From the NCBI GenBank assembly GCA_047495785.1, contig JBLDXI010000064.1:744001-808000 (forward strand): 64,000 nucleotides of DNA, read 5' to 3'. Made by a program: the position numbers and the translations under genes. The notes under the pieces were generated by a model. It was given only the letters and a program-made list of their open reading frames with translations, searched no databases and was not told where the DNA came from. This stretch comes from Lepidodermella squamata. Taxonomy: Eukaryota; Animalia; Gastrotricha. This document shows positions 1 to 13,734 of this stretch, piece by piece; within the stretch, counting starts at the first letter, position 1, and each line of letters opens with the position of its first letter.

Positions 1-1259
1 TCAAATTATTAAAGAGTGCCGCTGAAAAGTCTATTTCACTGAGAAAGATGAGAAAGTTTAAAAGTTTCGTACATAATTATTTGCCTATTTGCACAGGTCA
101 CGGGTTAGTAATGTAAATCCCAAAAATTTGGGAAAGTTCAGGAATAATGTACAAATAATCAAAGACAAAATTGCAGGAAATCTGAAAACTTCATTAGGAC
201 CACGCAAAATATTCGGAATTGGTGCTGGAAAATGACCGGAACGGTTGGAAAGAAATGTTTACTTTTTGAAAAGGCATGATTAAGTACAAGTGGGCCCTTT
301 GATTAATGAATAATATGAGGCGATTTCGGCTTCACATTTCCATAAGATAGAGACAGGGCCGAAGTCGCTTGCTACGACTCATATTGCTTTTCGAAGTTGG
401 AAACATATTAATAATGTACTTCAACTGCTATTTCAGACGCGAATTTGAGTTGGTGAGTTTTATCGCCATGCTTCTCTCGTTTCTAAACGCTTCCTGTCTC
501 AACTACTACTAATAGTAAAATGAAGCCTTACCGGTCGCGAATACCGGTAAAAATGCCATAGAAACAATTAATTCCCAGAATATTCCCGAGTACCGCAGCG
601 GATGGCTGGGATCATTCGAACAAGTTCACTCGGTCCGTGTCTCGGCACTCCGAAGACCCGGCCAAAGGCAAAAGGCTCGGTACACCTTATGACGATTTCC
701 ATCATCCTTACCAGTTCTGCAGTCCTAGTACCTAGATGGTGAAATAACCTGGTCGATTTCAAGAAATGGCTTTTAAAAAATCAAACTTTTCATGTAAATG
801 TGTTATCCAAGGTTGTCGAAAAATTCGGCGAATAAAATTAAGGAGGGGTTTTTCATTCATTTTTTGTTTAAATGTAGCATCGTGAGTGTGCACTCTGATC
901 ACTACGTACTACGGTCTATATGCTTAAAACAATTCAGGTGTTATGTAAAATGTGAATGAAGCGTCGATATTTAGGCCAAATAAGCCCGACAAATATGTCA
1001 TATTAATCAGTTTTTATGTGTACCAATATATGTAGCAGAGCCGACATATGGCGATACAGAAAATGGCGGATTGACACGTTTTTTTACTTCCGCTTCTAAC
1101 TCGTAATTCGATCCCATATGTGGCGTAGAATCAAAGCTGGGATATTGTGGCTGAGCTCGAACGGAAGCAGGTAAAGCATCATCCACCCATTCAGGAATGG
1201 ACGCAAGGCTCATGGGAAGTTATAGACAATTACTTCAGTAACATTGAAGCCATTCAAAA

Positions 1260-2805
1260 ATGACGAATGCTTCAGCGTCCTTGATTCCGTTCACAAGCTC
1301 GTGGATTCTGGCTGATTTGCCTGACCGTGGCTTCAATGGCTCGAGGCCGTACTTCATCGGCTGGTTCCACGACTTGAGCGCTCAATCGATCGAAGACCGG
1401 CTCCCGTACACGCTAACTGTTTTAATAATGGCGATTCTCGGAAGTCTAGCCAGCATCGCGAACGTCGTAATCTACCACCGCCGCAATGTCAAACGAGACT
1501 TCCTGATGCTGTGCTCTCTGGTTGCGATTAGGAATGTTTTATGGTCCGCAAACTGGTCCTACGCTGTGCTGGTACCTTTGAAGACGGGCTTCTGGGAGGC
1601 AGGCTCAGCAGCTTGCTCTACTGTTTATTGGAACACGGCTACACTGGGCGGCTTCGGCTGTTTCGCGAACATGCTCATCAGCTACGAGAGGCGACTGTGC
1701 GCATGCTCAACATCGCTATACCGCTCCAGTGCATCGAAAGTAAGTCTTTTCCTTGGTCAAGAAGCAACACATGAATCGGGATGCGACACTGTATTGACCT
1801 TAATTAAAGTCAACAGGAAAAATGTCATCCTCTGTCTCGTCTTAGGCATAGAAAATATTCCCCCTCTGTTATTCGACAAAATCTTACAAAAAACCCTCTA
1901 GTTAGAGCTGGCCATATGCAAAAATTGATGCGCTGCATTCCTAGAGTAAATTTGAAAAATCTTCCTTCAACCTCCTTTGTAGGGCAGACATAACTATTGA
2001 ATAACCAAACAGCCAGGAATTTCAATATATGTGATGTTTATTGAGCAGCTTCTTCTGCTAGCTGGTGGGCTCTTGTTACTGTGCGGCGGCTGTGCGGTGG
2101 TTTTCGTATTCGAGCCATACGAAGCGCTGTCCTATCAACGCCTAATCATCGATGGGATGGCGAACAACACGGCTGTGCCTCTTTGCGGGTCTTTCGACCA
2201 TAAATTGATGCGCGAGGCTGATACTGTCGTGCTGATCATAGCGTACTACCTCTTTGCAGTTCAAGCTTCGTCTATCGGACTGGCATGCAACTACTGGTGA
2301 GCGCGGTATAAATCGCAAATTTAAAATGGCTATAATGTGATTTTTTTAAAGGAGGATGTTTGCCCAAATCCGAGCTGTGCGCTTGAGATGGCGAGAGACG
2401 TCGACTATCGAGGAGAAATGGCAAAAGCGTGAGGTTTTTATCGCCAAGCAGTCAATTGCTGCTTTCTTAGTGTACAACGCATTCCACCTACCACTGGCTG
2501 TTCATTTCGCTCTTCAGCTAAGCTACGTCGAAATCGGGCCGCGATTCGCATCCGGCAACCTCATGAAGTACGGCCACGTGTGTTTGCTGGTCGAGATGGT
2601 CGTTTCATCAGTGATCAGATCGCTCAAGCCAGGCTTCACGCGCAGTTTGCTGTGTCTTGGCTACTCGCGTCGCGTCAAAATTGCGCCGTCCAGTGGCAAT
2701 AACAGTAGCACTGGTCAGACCGCAGCGGCGGTGGTTCAGGCATACGCTACACGTGAACAGGATTGGTTTAGCAGGACCAAAGTGCTGATATTCGGTCGAA
2801 AGTGA
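1260..2805 (+). CDS. 7TM class-A-like GPCR, copy 1 (subfamily A); exons 1260-1739, 2049-2296, 2352-2805
   Basis: Hydrophobic helices, TM3 Cys (AACS), ISYERRLC at the E/DRY position, ECL2 Cys (VPLCGSF), TM6 FHLP; phase 0 and phase 2 GT-AG introns shared by all paralogs. Confidence 0.85.
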
Positions 2806-3564
2806 GATCGAAGAGTTGCCTAAGTGATGGTTAACATTTAAAAATTGGTTTAAGTTTAAGCTGGGCAATCATATCCAGGCCAGTTTGACATTATCTATGA
2901 AACAGTTGTGCAAATGGTTTCACATCCCTGCGGTTGTATTTTGTATTTGTCATCATGAAATGTCAATAGTAAGGTAGAGTAATATATACCATTTTCTTTC
3001 TTTAATTTTGCCTATAATGTTTTCACCGATTTGTTACCATAAAAGAGCTTGAGAGTGTGCATATTCTACATTCTAAATAGTCTATTCTACATATGTCGGC
3101 TTGGCGCTTGGATGGTTTATATATGCTTTATGTACTAATTTTTAGCTATTATGTCCTAGCGTTTAGTGTTGAAACAGAAAAAGTAGATCTCTAGAACTGT
3201 CAGGTACAAGGATGAAATAGTCGTTTTAATGAAATCATGCAACCCAAGTCCGTGCACCGCGCATGCGTGAAAACAAAAGCTTCATCTAAGTTCAATCGGA
3301 AAACACTTTGATACTCATCGTTTCCCTGTCTACTTGAACACGCCTAAACGCTTCGAGCAAGCATTGTCGTGGAAATGCCCAACCTTAGCCGTTGCTTCCG
3401 AAATGAAGCAAGCATGTTTGCTCGGGATGAATACCTGTTCCATTAATCATTAATCGAACACGCGTAGGTGGGGCGAATGTAACCTGACGAAAGCATTGAG
3501 AGCATCCGGCCGGCTGATGCGGACGAATCGACACTAGCACTTTGTATTTTACAGACGCCATACA

Positions 3565-4923
3565 ATGAACGGGAGCACTCTTCATCAGGCAGCTCAATCG
3601 AAGCCGGCAGCAGCAGTTTTGCTGCCAGGCGGAGCTTGGATTGCGGCCGATATCGAAGACCGTGGCTTTAATGGCTCGCGGCCGTACCTTGTCGGCTTTT
3701 TCCACGACCTGAGCAGGCCCTCAATCGAAGGTCGACTGCCGTATACACTTACCATAGTCATAGTTGCTGTCTTAGCGATCGCAGCCACCATCGCTAACTT
3801 GGTTGCCTACTACAAACGCGGCGTCAACAGCAGTTTCATTATGCTGTGCTGCTTGATCGCCTTTCGCAATATTATCTGCGCCCTGAATTGTTGCATCAGC
3901 TTGCTGATCACCCTGCCAACAGGCTACTGGGAAGCCAGCCCGGCATCTTGTTCCATCGTATTCTGGATAACAGGCACGGTCGGAGGTTTCGGTAGTTTTG
4001 TCAACTGTCTCATCAGCTATGAACGCCGCCTCTGTGTCACTTCGACCAGCATGTATCGGACCAGCTCCACCAAAGTAAGAATAATCCAAACAGCGGTCGA
4101 CGGGTTTATTGAGCTAGATGTCTTCCAAATAGTTTTTTCCGACTTCGTGTGTCCCCATAGATAAAAACCATTATTTTTATAATCGAGTATTTTCAAAAAT
4201 GTGCATTCTTTTCAGCTTTTGATTCTTGCCGCCTGCTCTTTCGTCTTTTGCGGAATTTGTTTTGGACTATTCACGTTCGCACCGTTGCCGATAATGGCCC
4301 ACCAGCGAATGGTCGTCGATGGCATCAACAACAACACAGCCGTTGATTTGTGCGGCGTGTTCCCGTACCGCTTCGTCGGCTCCTCAGATACTAGCGTCCT
4401 ACTGCTTATTGTTTTTTTCATTGTCATCCAAGCGACAACTTTTGGTTTAGCCCTCAACTACTGGTAAGCACCTCCCAAGCAGTTTTGTGAATCTCATTTG
4501 TTCGATTGCAGGAAAGTGTTCTCTCAAATTCGGTCAGTTCGTTTGGGCTGGCGTTCGAAGCTGCAAGGATCCGATCGGGAGGCGCTTTGGTACCAGCGCG
4601 AGTTGTTCTTCGCCAAACAATCAGTCGCTGCTGTCCTCGTGTACAACGTGTGCCAACTGCCGATGGCTGTTCATCTGGCGATGCAGATTGGCTATGCAGA
4701 AATCGGACCTCGTTTCCTGACCGGCGACTACACCAAGTACGGCCATGCAGTTATCTTGTTCGAGATCGCAGCTTCAGCTGTCGTCCGTAGTTTGAAACCG
4801 TCGAATCGCGTCACAGTTGTTATGCCTCCAAGTGCGAACCGTACAACGAAAACAGTAGTTGCCACTCAAGATGATCGGCAGAATACAACAACTTTCAATT
4901 TGACCAAAGTTTTAAAGCGATGA
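3565..4923 (+). CDS. 7TM GPCR, copy 2 (subfamily B); exons 3565-4074, 4216-4463, 4512-4923
   Basis: Same motifs (PGGAWIAADIEDRGFNGSRPY, ISYERRLC, NYW|K junction, SLKP); open spliced frame. Confidence 0.85.
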
Positions 4924-5589
4924 AAGCGTATGAATTAGCAGGAAGAATTAATAATAAATTCATAAAATAATTTCTCGAGGTGTTTATCTGTAAAACGTAC
5001 GAGCAAATGAGACATGAAATCCGAATGTTGCAGGCGAGACGTCAATGCATCATCCAAGAATTACAACACGAGAATAGATCGGAAGTAAACAAATCGAAAC
5101 TAGATTTTCACGAGCGAAATGCCTCGAAATGCCCATGCTGCGTTGAAAATGACCTCGACTAGGCCGTGGAATAGACCATCCCATTTCCAGGACACGTCCT
5201 GTTCGCATCCGCCTCTGTGACATCCGCTTGAAATCATCAGCTGGGAACAACAACCCATAACACAGCAATAGACGCAGGGGAAATGAGTCGCATACGCTGA
5301 TCATTCACATGCGTACCGAGGAAGAAAGCATGCAGCACAAAAAGTGACAATCTACAGACGGCCGACGCCCACGGTGATGCTCCCCGGCATTTCAAATAAC
5401 GTACCAGCACGATTCAAAACATTAAAACTGGGAAAATCCGATAAGTACATTGCAAAAATGAGCTAAATCTCTTCCGCATCAGCAAAATCCGAGCGGAAAC
5501 GAGGAGATGAAGCGCTTCATAAAAACACTTAGAAAATCACCCGTATAGATGACCATTTACACTTTTCAAACTTTCAGTAAAGTGAACAA

Positions 5590-8546
5590 ATGTCGAACAT
5601 CACAATAGCGGCGGCGCCTCTGATGCCGTTCACAAGCTCTTGGATTCTTGCTGATCTGCCCGACCGCGGTTTCAATGGCTCGAGGCCGTATTTCATCGGC
5701 TGGCTGCACGACCTGAGCGCCCAATCAATCGAAGACAGACTGCCATACACGCTAACTATAGTGATTCTGGCGATTCTTAGTAGCCTAGCCAGTATTGCGA
5801 ACATCGTAATCTACTACCGCCGCAATGTTAAACGAGACTTTTTGATACTGTCCTCTGTTGTGGTTGTTAGAAACGTCCTGTGGTGTGCCAACTGGTGCTA
5901 CGTTGTGCTGGTGCCGCTGAGAACTGGCTTCTGGGAGGCAGGTCCAGCTGCGTGCTCCACAGCTTTCACGATAATGGCTGTCTTAGGCGGGTTCGGCTGT
6001 TTCGCGAACATGCTCATCAGCCACGAGAGACGGCTGTGCGTTTGCTCGGTGTCTCTTCACCGGCCAAGCTCAGTAAAAGTAAGTCAACGAATGACAATTG
6101 TCCTCTGCTATCGAGCGTTCAGCAGGACTATTTGGCATATTTGCATATTTGAATCTCCTACACCGGTGAACCTCCGGTAAATGACCTAACCAAAAATAGT
6201 GTATATACCTTTCCTTTCTATTGTTCTAAGTGCTTACATCAATTAAAAATTTCTATTCGTACATAGTATGTACGCGAAAATTGCTATTCGTACATAGTTT
6301 CAAAATGAAATTTCTGGAATCAATAACTATGTCAATTTGCATCCGATCAGTCTAATTTTTTGCGTGCACATAGCGGAGTATCAGGCCTATCACCCCCCAA
6401 AAGATCATGCATAGACCCCCTATGGAAGAGTCGCAAAGCTGCAAAATCTGATTTCAATTCTGGGAGGCTTACTTGAACACTTTTGGTGATGAACCAACGA
6501 AATTCAGCCACTAAATAGGTCTCGCTTTGGTGCGTCCAACTGTAAAATTTCATGATGCTTCCGTCTAAATTCTAAATTCAAATATTTATTGTTCGGTGAC
6601 ATCATATAAACAGGGGAGACGAAATAATTGAAAGACATCAACGACGCGGGGTCGCAAGAATACATGCGCTTGCCGGCGGCAGTGCGCTGTGGACACAAGT
6701 GGGCGGGATGATGGATGATTTATCGAAGGCAGACAGACACGTTAACACAGCGAGGGAGAATGGGAGGGAGAAGAAGGGTATAGAGAAGAGAAAGCAAAGG
6801 ATAGAGGGAGAGGGAGAGGCGGCAAGATCAGACATCGAAAGTGGGCAAAGGACCCCGAGGAAGCCTGCTGGCGATCAAGGCCAGGGGGGAACGGGGCACC
6901 GGGTTCGCGGAGAGGCGGAGTCGCTCAACTTCTTCTCTAAGAGGGAGGACGAACCGGACTGCATTCGCAGCATAGCGGCGCTGGGTCTGTTCGAAAACGG
7001 CAGGCAGGCTCTTCACGCCACAGCGGCGCTCCAGCTCCGAGACACGGACCCGGTCATCGCGGCGGATGTTTAGCAGGCTGCGCAGACAGTCGTTCTGCAA
7101 CACATCAAGCCGCTTCAGCTGCCTCTTGGGCGCGGTACAAAACACGACGTTGCCGTAAGTGGCGGCGGAGCGGACAAGGCTGAGGTAGGCCGTGCGACGC
7201 CATCGGCGAGAGAGGCCGAGAGAGGCAATACGGAGAAAGTGGGACAGGTTCCGGGTGCAGCGGTTGACGACCCGGTCGACGTGCGACTTCCAAGTCAGCT
7301 TGGCGTCAAGGTGCACGCCGAGGACACGAATCACGGCAACTTGAGGGATCATCGAGCCGTCGAAGTGCAGACGGGTCTGGTACGAGCGCCAGGCAAACGG
7401 CATTGCTTCGCTTTTCGACTCATTAAACTTCTGGCGCCACTCGCGGGCCCACTGCGAGATGCAATCGATCTCTGCCTGGGTGCAGCGTTCGGCCTCCTGG
7501 AAATTCGCACCCTCGCCGACGACTGTGAGATCGTCAAATTTCGAATTTCCACACCTTGCTGAAAAATCGGGAAAAACTATGTACGAATAGCATTTTCTGC
7601 GTACATAGTTATGTACGAATAGCTCGACCCTAAACATTTTATAAAATTTTTGTAATTGGTTAACATTTCATCAAATTCTAGCTCATGTCCCTCTCGGCTG
7701 GTCTCTTGCTGATCTGCTGCGGATTCGCAGTGATTTTCAACTTCGCGCCATATCAATCGCAAGCCCTAGAACAGTTGGTCATCCCTGGCATCAACAACAA
7801 TACCGCTGTGCCGCTGTGTGGCTCCTTCAACAACAGGTTTATCGGTGATGCAGACACGGCAGTCCTCAATGTGGCGTACTTTTTCATCGCAGTGCAAACA
7901 TCTTCCCTCGCATTGGCTTACAACTACTGGTGAGTCATTTCACTATCAAAGTTGACGGATTGTTTTTTATTGGCCCGGCCCTTGAATTTGGATCGAATTT
8001 CGAAGAATTTATAAAGGATCAGCTAGTTAACGTTTCCCGCGTACAGTTAAATCTTCCAGTAGCTACCCGCCTTCACTTTCAGAACAATGATGCAGTAGAA
8101 TTTAGTCTATGCGTGTTTTCAGGAAGATGTTTGCTCATATACGAGCTGTTCGCCTCGGATGGCAAGATCACCAATCGAATACCTTAAAATCGAAAATCCA
8201 AGAGAACTGGCGGCAGCGTGAAGTTTTCATCGCCAAGCAGTCAATCGCTGCATTCGTGGTGTACAACGCATTCCATCTACCACTGGCTGTTCATTTCGCC
8301 TTTCAGCTAGGCTACGTCGAAATCGGGCCGCGATTCGCATCCGGCAACTTCATGAAGTTCGGGTTCGTTTGCGAGCTCATAGAAGTAGTCGTTTCGTCGG
8401 TTATCAAATCGCTGAAGCCTGGCTTCACGCGCAACCTGCCGTGGTCGCGCCGCAATAATAAAATGAATGCTCTAGCCACGGTCCGTGTGCTCGTCGCAAA
8501 TCGCCAGCCGCCACCCGTCAGCAACTGTAAAAAATTAAGATTTTGA
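5590..8546 (+). CDS. 7TM GPCR, copy 3 (subfamily A); exons 5590-6078, 7682-7929, 8123-8546
   Basis: Close paralog of copy 1; intron 1 expanded to 1.6 kb by a TE. Confidence 0.8.
6253..7622. mobile_element. Non-autonomous TIR element in GPCR copy 3 intron 1
   Basis: ~48-bp imperfect inverted repeats: 6253-6300 (ctattcgtacatagtatgtacgcgaaaattgctattcgtacatagttt) and 7574-7622. Confidence 0.7.
6828..7560 (-). mobile_element. 5'-truncated non-LTR retrotransposon RT C-terminal fragment
   Basis: ORF with LGVHLDAKLTWKSHV, YLSLVRSAATYG, LDVLQNDCLR; GC-rich relative to flanks. Confidence 0.85.
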
Positions 8547-9089
8547 ATGAAGTTGAAACGTGAACTTTAGCTGACGAGGATACAAATAACAATAAAATAA
8601 TAGAAATAGAAATATTTCCTTGAACAATTTGCCAGCGCTGCTGACAAAACGCTGGACAAATGGAAAGTGGAAAAATGACGGGGAATATGCATAATTATCA
8701 ACCCTCTGAAATCACAGGGCAATATATTATAAATATTTCTGCGCCTACGTAGAAGAAGAGAGGAGACTCGTTCATTTTGGTCATTTTGGTCCGACGAAAC
8801 AGAAAAGTAAGGACTGTCCATGCTACCGACTCGTAATTCAAACCGATGTATGACGTGACGAGACGAAAGGAAAACGGAGAGGTGTTGAAGCTCAATTGAC
8901 ATATCGTCGGTCAATTATTATCGAAAAGGTTCGTGAAATAGCGAACTCATCGAATTTGAGCAAAGCCCTTAAAAGCATTTTTTCATATTAGTGGAACGAA
9001 CTAAAAGATGACGATAAACGCGCCGAATGTCACGATATTAAGAGCGTCTTTGATGCCATTAACGAGTTAATAAGCCGATTTTTTGGCAG

Positions 9090-9574
9090 GAGACTGTTTA
9101 CTCAAATCCGGGCTGTTCGCCTGAGATGGCGAGAGACTTTAACAATCGAGGAGAAATGGCAAAAGCGCGAAGTTTTCATCGCCAAGCAGTCAATTGTGTT
9201 CGTGGTCTACAACGCATTCCACGTCCATCCAGCTCGGGTATGCCGATCTCCGGCCGCGATTCGCCTCCGGCAACCTCATGAAGTACGGCATCGTGTGCGT
9301 GCTCATCGAGATGGTCGTGTCTTCGGTGATGAAATCGCTAAAGCCGGGCTACACCCGCGACTTGCCGTGGCTTGGTTCCTCCTGTCGCATCAATGTCGCG
9401 CCGTTCAGTGGCAAAAACAGCTGCGGTGGACAGACCGCAGCGGCGATGGTGCAGATGTGCACCATATACCAGAGCAGTTTACGCCGGATCAAAGTGCTGA
9501 TATTCGGAAACAAAATGAGGAAAAAAGTCATGATAGCTACTGGCTGTTTACGAGGTGTCAAGTCAACTTCTTAA
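9090..9574 (+). pseudogene. Orphan, frameshifted GPCR exon 3 (subfamily A)
   Basis: Acceptor ttggcag|g then LFTQIRAVRLRWRET..., similar to 2352-2805 with deletions near 9195-9235; no exons 1-2 upstream. Confidence 0.8.
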
Positions 9575-10069
9575 AACTTTATGAACGCTTATCGAAAGAA
9601 CTCTACAGCTGAATAACGCAGTGGCAGCAGTGGCTAAACTGAGTTGTATTTGTTGGGTCAGATTGGTCGAAGTGACGCGCGGTATTGAAGTTAACGCCAT
9701 TGAACTTGATTAGGCAATAATTAAGAAACACAGGAGAGTGTAAACCTAGCTGGATATATCGCGTGCAAATTTGAGAACTGATTGAGATACGCATTTTTGT
9801 AATTCGAATCCCGTAAAATAAAATTCCTTGCCAGACATTTTAAACTGTACGCATCGACCTTGCACTTCGAAAAGTATTTCAGGAGCCACAGGCTGGAAAG
9901 AGGAAGAACATTGAAGACAAACCGTTAATCGAACCACCTGCGATTTCCTCGACCGCCCATCACGAATATTGATTTGACGCAGGCAAACTTCCGGCGGCTT
10001 GAAATCCTAAAATGTTTTACTGAAAGTTTCAGCGATTGCAGTTGTTAGAAAATTAATGTTATTGAGCCA

Positions 10070-11332
10070 ATGCCGCGCAATAATTCAACGTCGGCTATTG
10101 TGATGCCGGGTGGCGGCTGGGTGATGGCGTACATCGAAGATCGCGGCTTCGACAGCCCGAGGCCGTACTTTATCGGTTGGTTCCACGATTTGAGCACGAA
10201 ATCAGTCGCAGATCGACTGGCATACACAGTAGCTATAGTAGTCATCTGCATCCTCGGAACCGTCGCCAGCGTAGCCAACATCGTGGTTTACTACCGCAGA
10301 AACGTCAAACGAAATTTCTTGGTCCTGAACGGGCTTCTCGTCGCAAGAAATGTCATCTGGGCTATCAATTGGTCATGCGCAATGCTTGCCACCCTGCAGA
10401 CTGGCTATTGGGACGTTGGACCGGCAGCGTGTGCCGTAGTTTGGTGGATCGCAACAGCTATCGGTCCATTCGGCTGTTTTCTCAACCTGATCATTAGTTA
10501 CGAACGAAGAATGTGCGTTAGCTCGAAGACTCTCTACCGATCTAGCAGCCGCAAGGTATAGGCGACTCGATTCAGAGTCAGTAATATTGCAGCTTTCTAG
10601 TGACATTTCGTTGGATTATATTTTAAATTTAAATCAAGAAACTAAAGGTTTACACAATTTTTCAGCTGATTTTGATGACTCTGGGCTGTTTTGTCTTCTG
10701 CGCGGTGTGCACGAGTAGCTATGTGATTGCCCCCCTTAAAGCGTATGGCTATCAGCAACTCGTGTTTGGAAATCAATCGACCCCAGCTGTTGGACTCTGC
10801 GGTTCATTCGATTACAAATTGGTAGGCGATGCTGATACACTGGTGATTGTCCTCATCTATCTTTTGCTCGCTGTTAATGTATCATCGATCGGCCTAGCTT
10901 TCAACTACTGGTTAGATATATTTGTAACCATCACGTTTTCCGGTTTGTCATACCTATTTTTGTATATACAGGAAAATGTTTTCGCAGGTCAGGGCGATTC
11001 GGTTGGCTTGGAGATCGCAAGGAACCGGCGGAACGTCGCCCATGCGGAACGATTGGCGGAAGCGAGAGGTTTTCATCGCGAAACAGTCCATTGTTGGCGT
11101 TGTGCTGTACACCGCTTTCCACATGCCTCTCGCTATTAGTGTCATTCTGCAGCTTGGCTACACTGGCATTGGGCCGCAGTACGCCAGTGCGAATCTCAAC
11201 AAATATTCGAGCGTTTGTGCAGCGCTGGAAATGGTTGTCTCTTCGATCGTCAAGTCGCTGAAACCGGGATTCTCACTAACGCGAGTGTTAGCACGGAAAA
11301 ATACAACCAAAGTTGAAGCTAGTGGACTCTAG
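10070..11332 (+). CDS. 7TM GPCR, copy 5 (subfamily C); exons 10070-10555, 10666-10910, 10972-11332
   Basis: Family motifs and conserved intron phases. Confidence 0.85.
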
Positions 11333-11632
11333 AAAATAGAAGAAACGTGATAAAAAATGACTTCGTCGAACTATCAGCCTGCCTGAAATGCAACGGGCCA
11401 ATATTCTTCCCGAACTCACAGACATTGTCCGACCAGGGTACTGGGATGTTTACGAAGTGATATTTTACCTGAATTAGCTATAAAAATCGATTATGCCCTA
11501 GAATAGATCAAATATAGTCGAGGCGGAAGGAGATGTTTACGGTGAGAACATTAAAAGCTTCCTGTCCGTTTCATCATGCATCTAAAGCTGACCTGATCTT
11601 TCGCCGCATTTTCAAGATCCTATCAAAGATAC

Positions 11633-12948
11633 ATGAACGATACGCTCGAGGCTCAAGCATCGGCTCAGTCGAAGCCAGCAGCAATATTGCTGCCAGGCGG
11701 AGCTTGGATCGCGGCTTATATCGAAGACCGTGGCTTCAATGGCTCACGGCCGTACTTTATCGGCTGGTTCCACGACCTGAGCCGACCCTCAATTGAAGAT
11801 CGACTGCCGTATACGTTGTCTATCGTCATACTAGCCGTTATCGGGATCGCAGCCAGCATTGCTAACATAGTGGTCTACCACAGGCGACGAGTTGGTAGCA
11901 GTTTTATCATCTTATGCTGCATGGTCACTGTTCGCAACATTATCTGCGCCGTGAATTGCTGCATCAGCATGCTAGTCACTTTACCAACTGGTTACTGGGA
12001 AGCCGGCCCAGCTGCTTGTTCGATCGTGTTCTGGATATCAGGCGCCGTCGGAGCTTTCGGCTGTTTCGTCAACTTTCTCATCAGCTGTGAACGGCGCCTT
12101 TGCGTTACTTCGACTATCGTGTATCAAACCAGCTCCACCAAAGTAAGTTTGAACAACAAATCATACATGTTCGCAATGATGAAAATATGTCTCAAGATAT
12201 TGCTTCTAGCTTCGAGCTCGTTTGTCTTTTGCGCCGTTTCAACTATCATATTTTCATTCGCTCCACTGCCCCTCATGGCCCACCAGCGGCTGGTCGTCGA
12301 CGGCATCAACAACAATACAGCCATCGATTTGTGCGGGTGGTTCCCGTACCGCTTTGTCGGGTCTTCCGATTCAATCGTCCTAGTACTAATTTTCTACCTG
12401 GTAATTGTCCAAACCACAACGTTTGGCTTGGCTCTGAACTATTGGTGAGTTTGTCGCAGAAAATGTAACAATTCCAAATAAAATTATGATTACTATACAG
12501 GAAAATATTCTCAGAGATTCGCTTGGTCCGGCTTCGTTGGCGCTCGCAACAAATCGGGGCTCCAACAACGGATCGGGAGGCGCAGTGGTACCAGCGCGAG
12601 TTGTTCATCGCCAAACAGTCAGTAGCTGCTGTTCTCGTGTACAACGTGTTCCAAATGCCGCTTGCTGTTCACATTGCCATGCAGATGGGCTACGCTGAGA
12701 TCGGGCCTCGATTTGCGACCGGTGACTTCAACAAGTACAGTCAAGTGTGTGTCATGATTGAAATAACTGCATCGGCCATAGTTCGCATGCTGAAACCCAG
12801 GCTATCAACAAATCGCGTCAGCAATGATAGTAAACTCGCTCTCAACGGGAATCATCGAAAGACGCATCGACAAGGGCGGGCAAGCGCGATTCTGCGGCAA
12901 ATTTCACGATGGATTCGAAACATTGACCCGGCTGTAATTTATCAGTGA
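11633..12948 (+). CDS. 7TM GPCR, copy 6 (subfamily B); exons 11633-12142, 12197-12444, 12501-12948
   Basis: Family motifs; intron 1 is 54 nt, in frame and stop-free. Confidence 0.85.
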
Positions 12949-13734
12949 TTGAGAATAAAAGCGGAATGAAGTTTCATACATGTATATCAGGCATATCGCA
13001 TATCCTAATTACATCCTAGAAGCTGTGAAAAGAAACGGTCGATATCAATGTTAGCTGTGCGACTCAAGCTCGGAAGCCGGAAATTGCTGTAGCAGGAAGC
13101 TATCTAACGAAGCTGTCGGGGATCCTGCAGGGTTTTCGTATTTCTTTGTACATGCTTTGTATATATATCGTGATATGTGATAGATAGAAAAATCAGCCAC
13201 TAGGTTTCAGTCTTGCTCATCATGAGGCGGCTGACGCGCTACTTCAATTTCGCAAAAGGTACGCTTGCCCTGCCGCGCAATATCCGAGCTGGTCATGACA
13301 ACAGCACACTGAAAACCGCCTGCAGTAAATCTGCCTGATCTCGAAACTTTGAAATGACGTAATTTTGGGTTGTTGGGCGGCGGTTAGATCAAGGCTGGGA
13401 CACATCAAAGACAGCGGTTTCGACGCTCCCAGGCGCAAGGTCATAATTTATTGAGGCCGTCGCCGCCATTGCCGACATTACTATGCTCTGCGTGATGTCC
13501 TTAGGGTAATAGTTGGTCATGTGCCATGAGCCTATTACTATATGTGATTTTGAAAACCAACGCACCAATGATTCATCGACCACGAGAATTGTACGTTCTG
13601 CTGATGTGCTCACAGATCGATAATTTCAAGAAACGGAGGTATTTTCACGAAGGCGTTGAAAGCTTCCGTTCTGCTGAGTGGCAGGTGGCATCGCTATTCG
13701 CATTCTCAACATCCTTTATTCAAGACAGAGGGGA

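Noticed and set aside
9090-9574. Alternative last exon for GPCR copy 3
   Set aside because: Frameshifting deletions remove part of TM6
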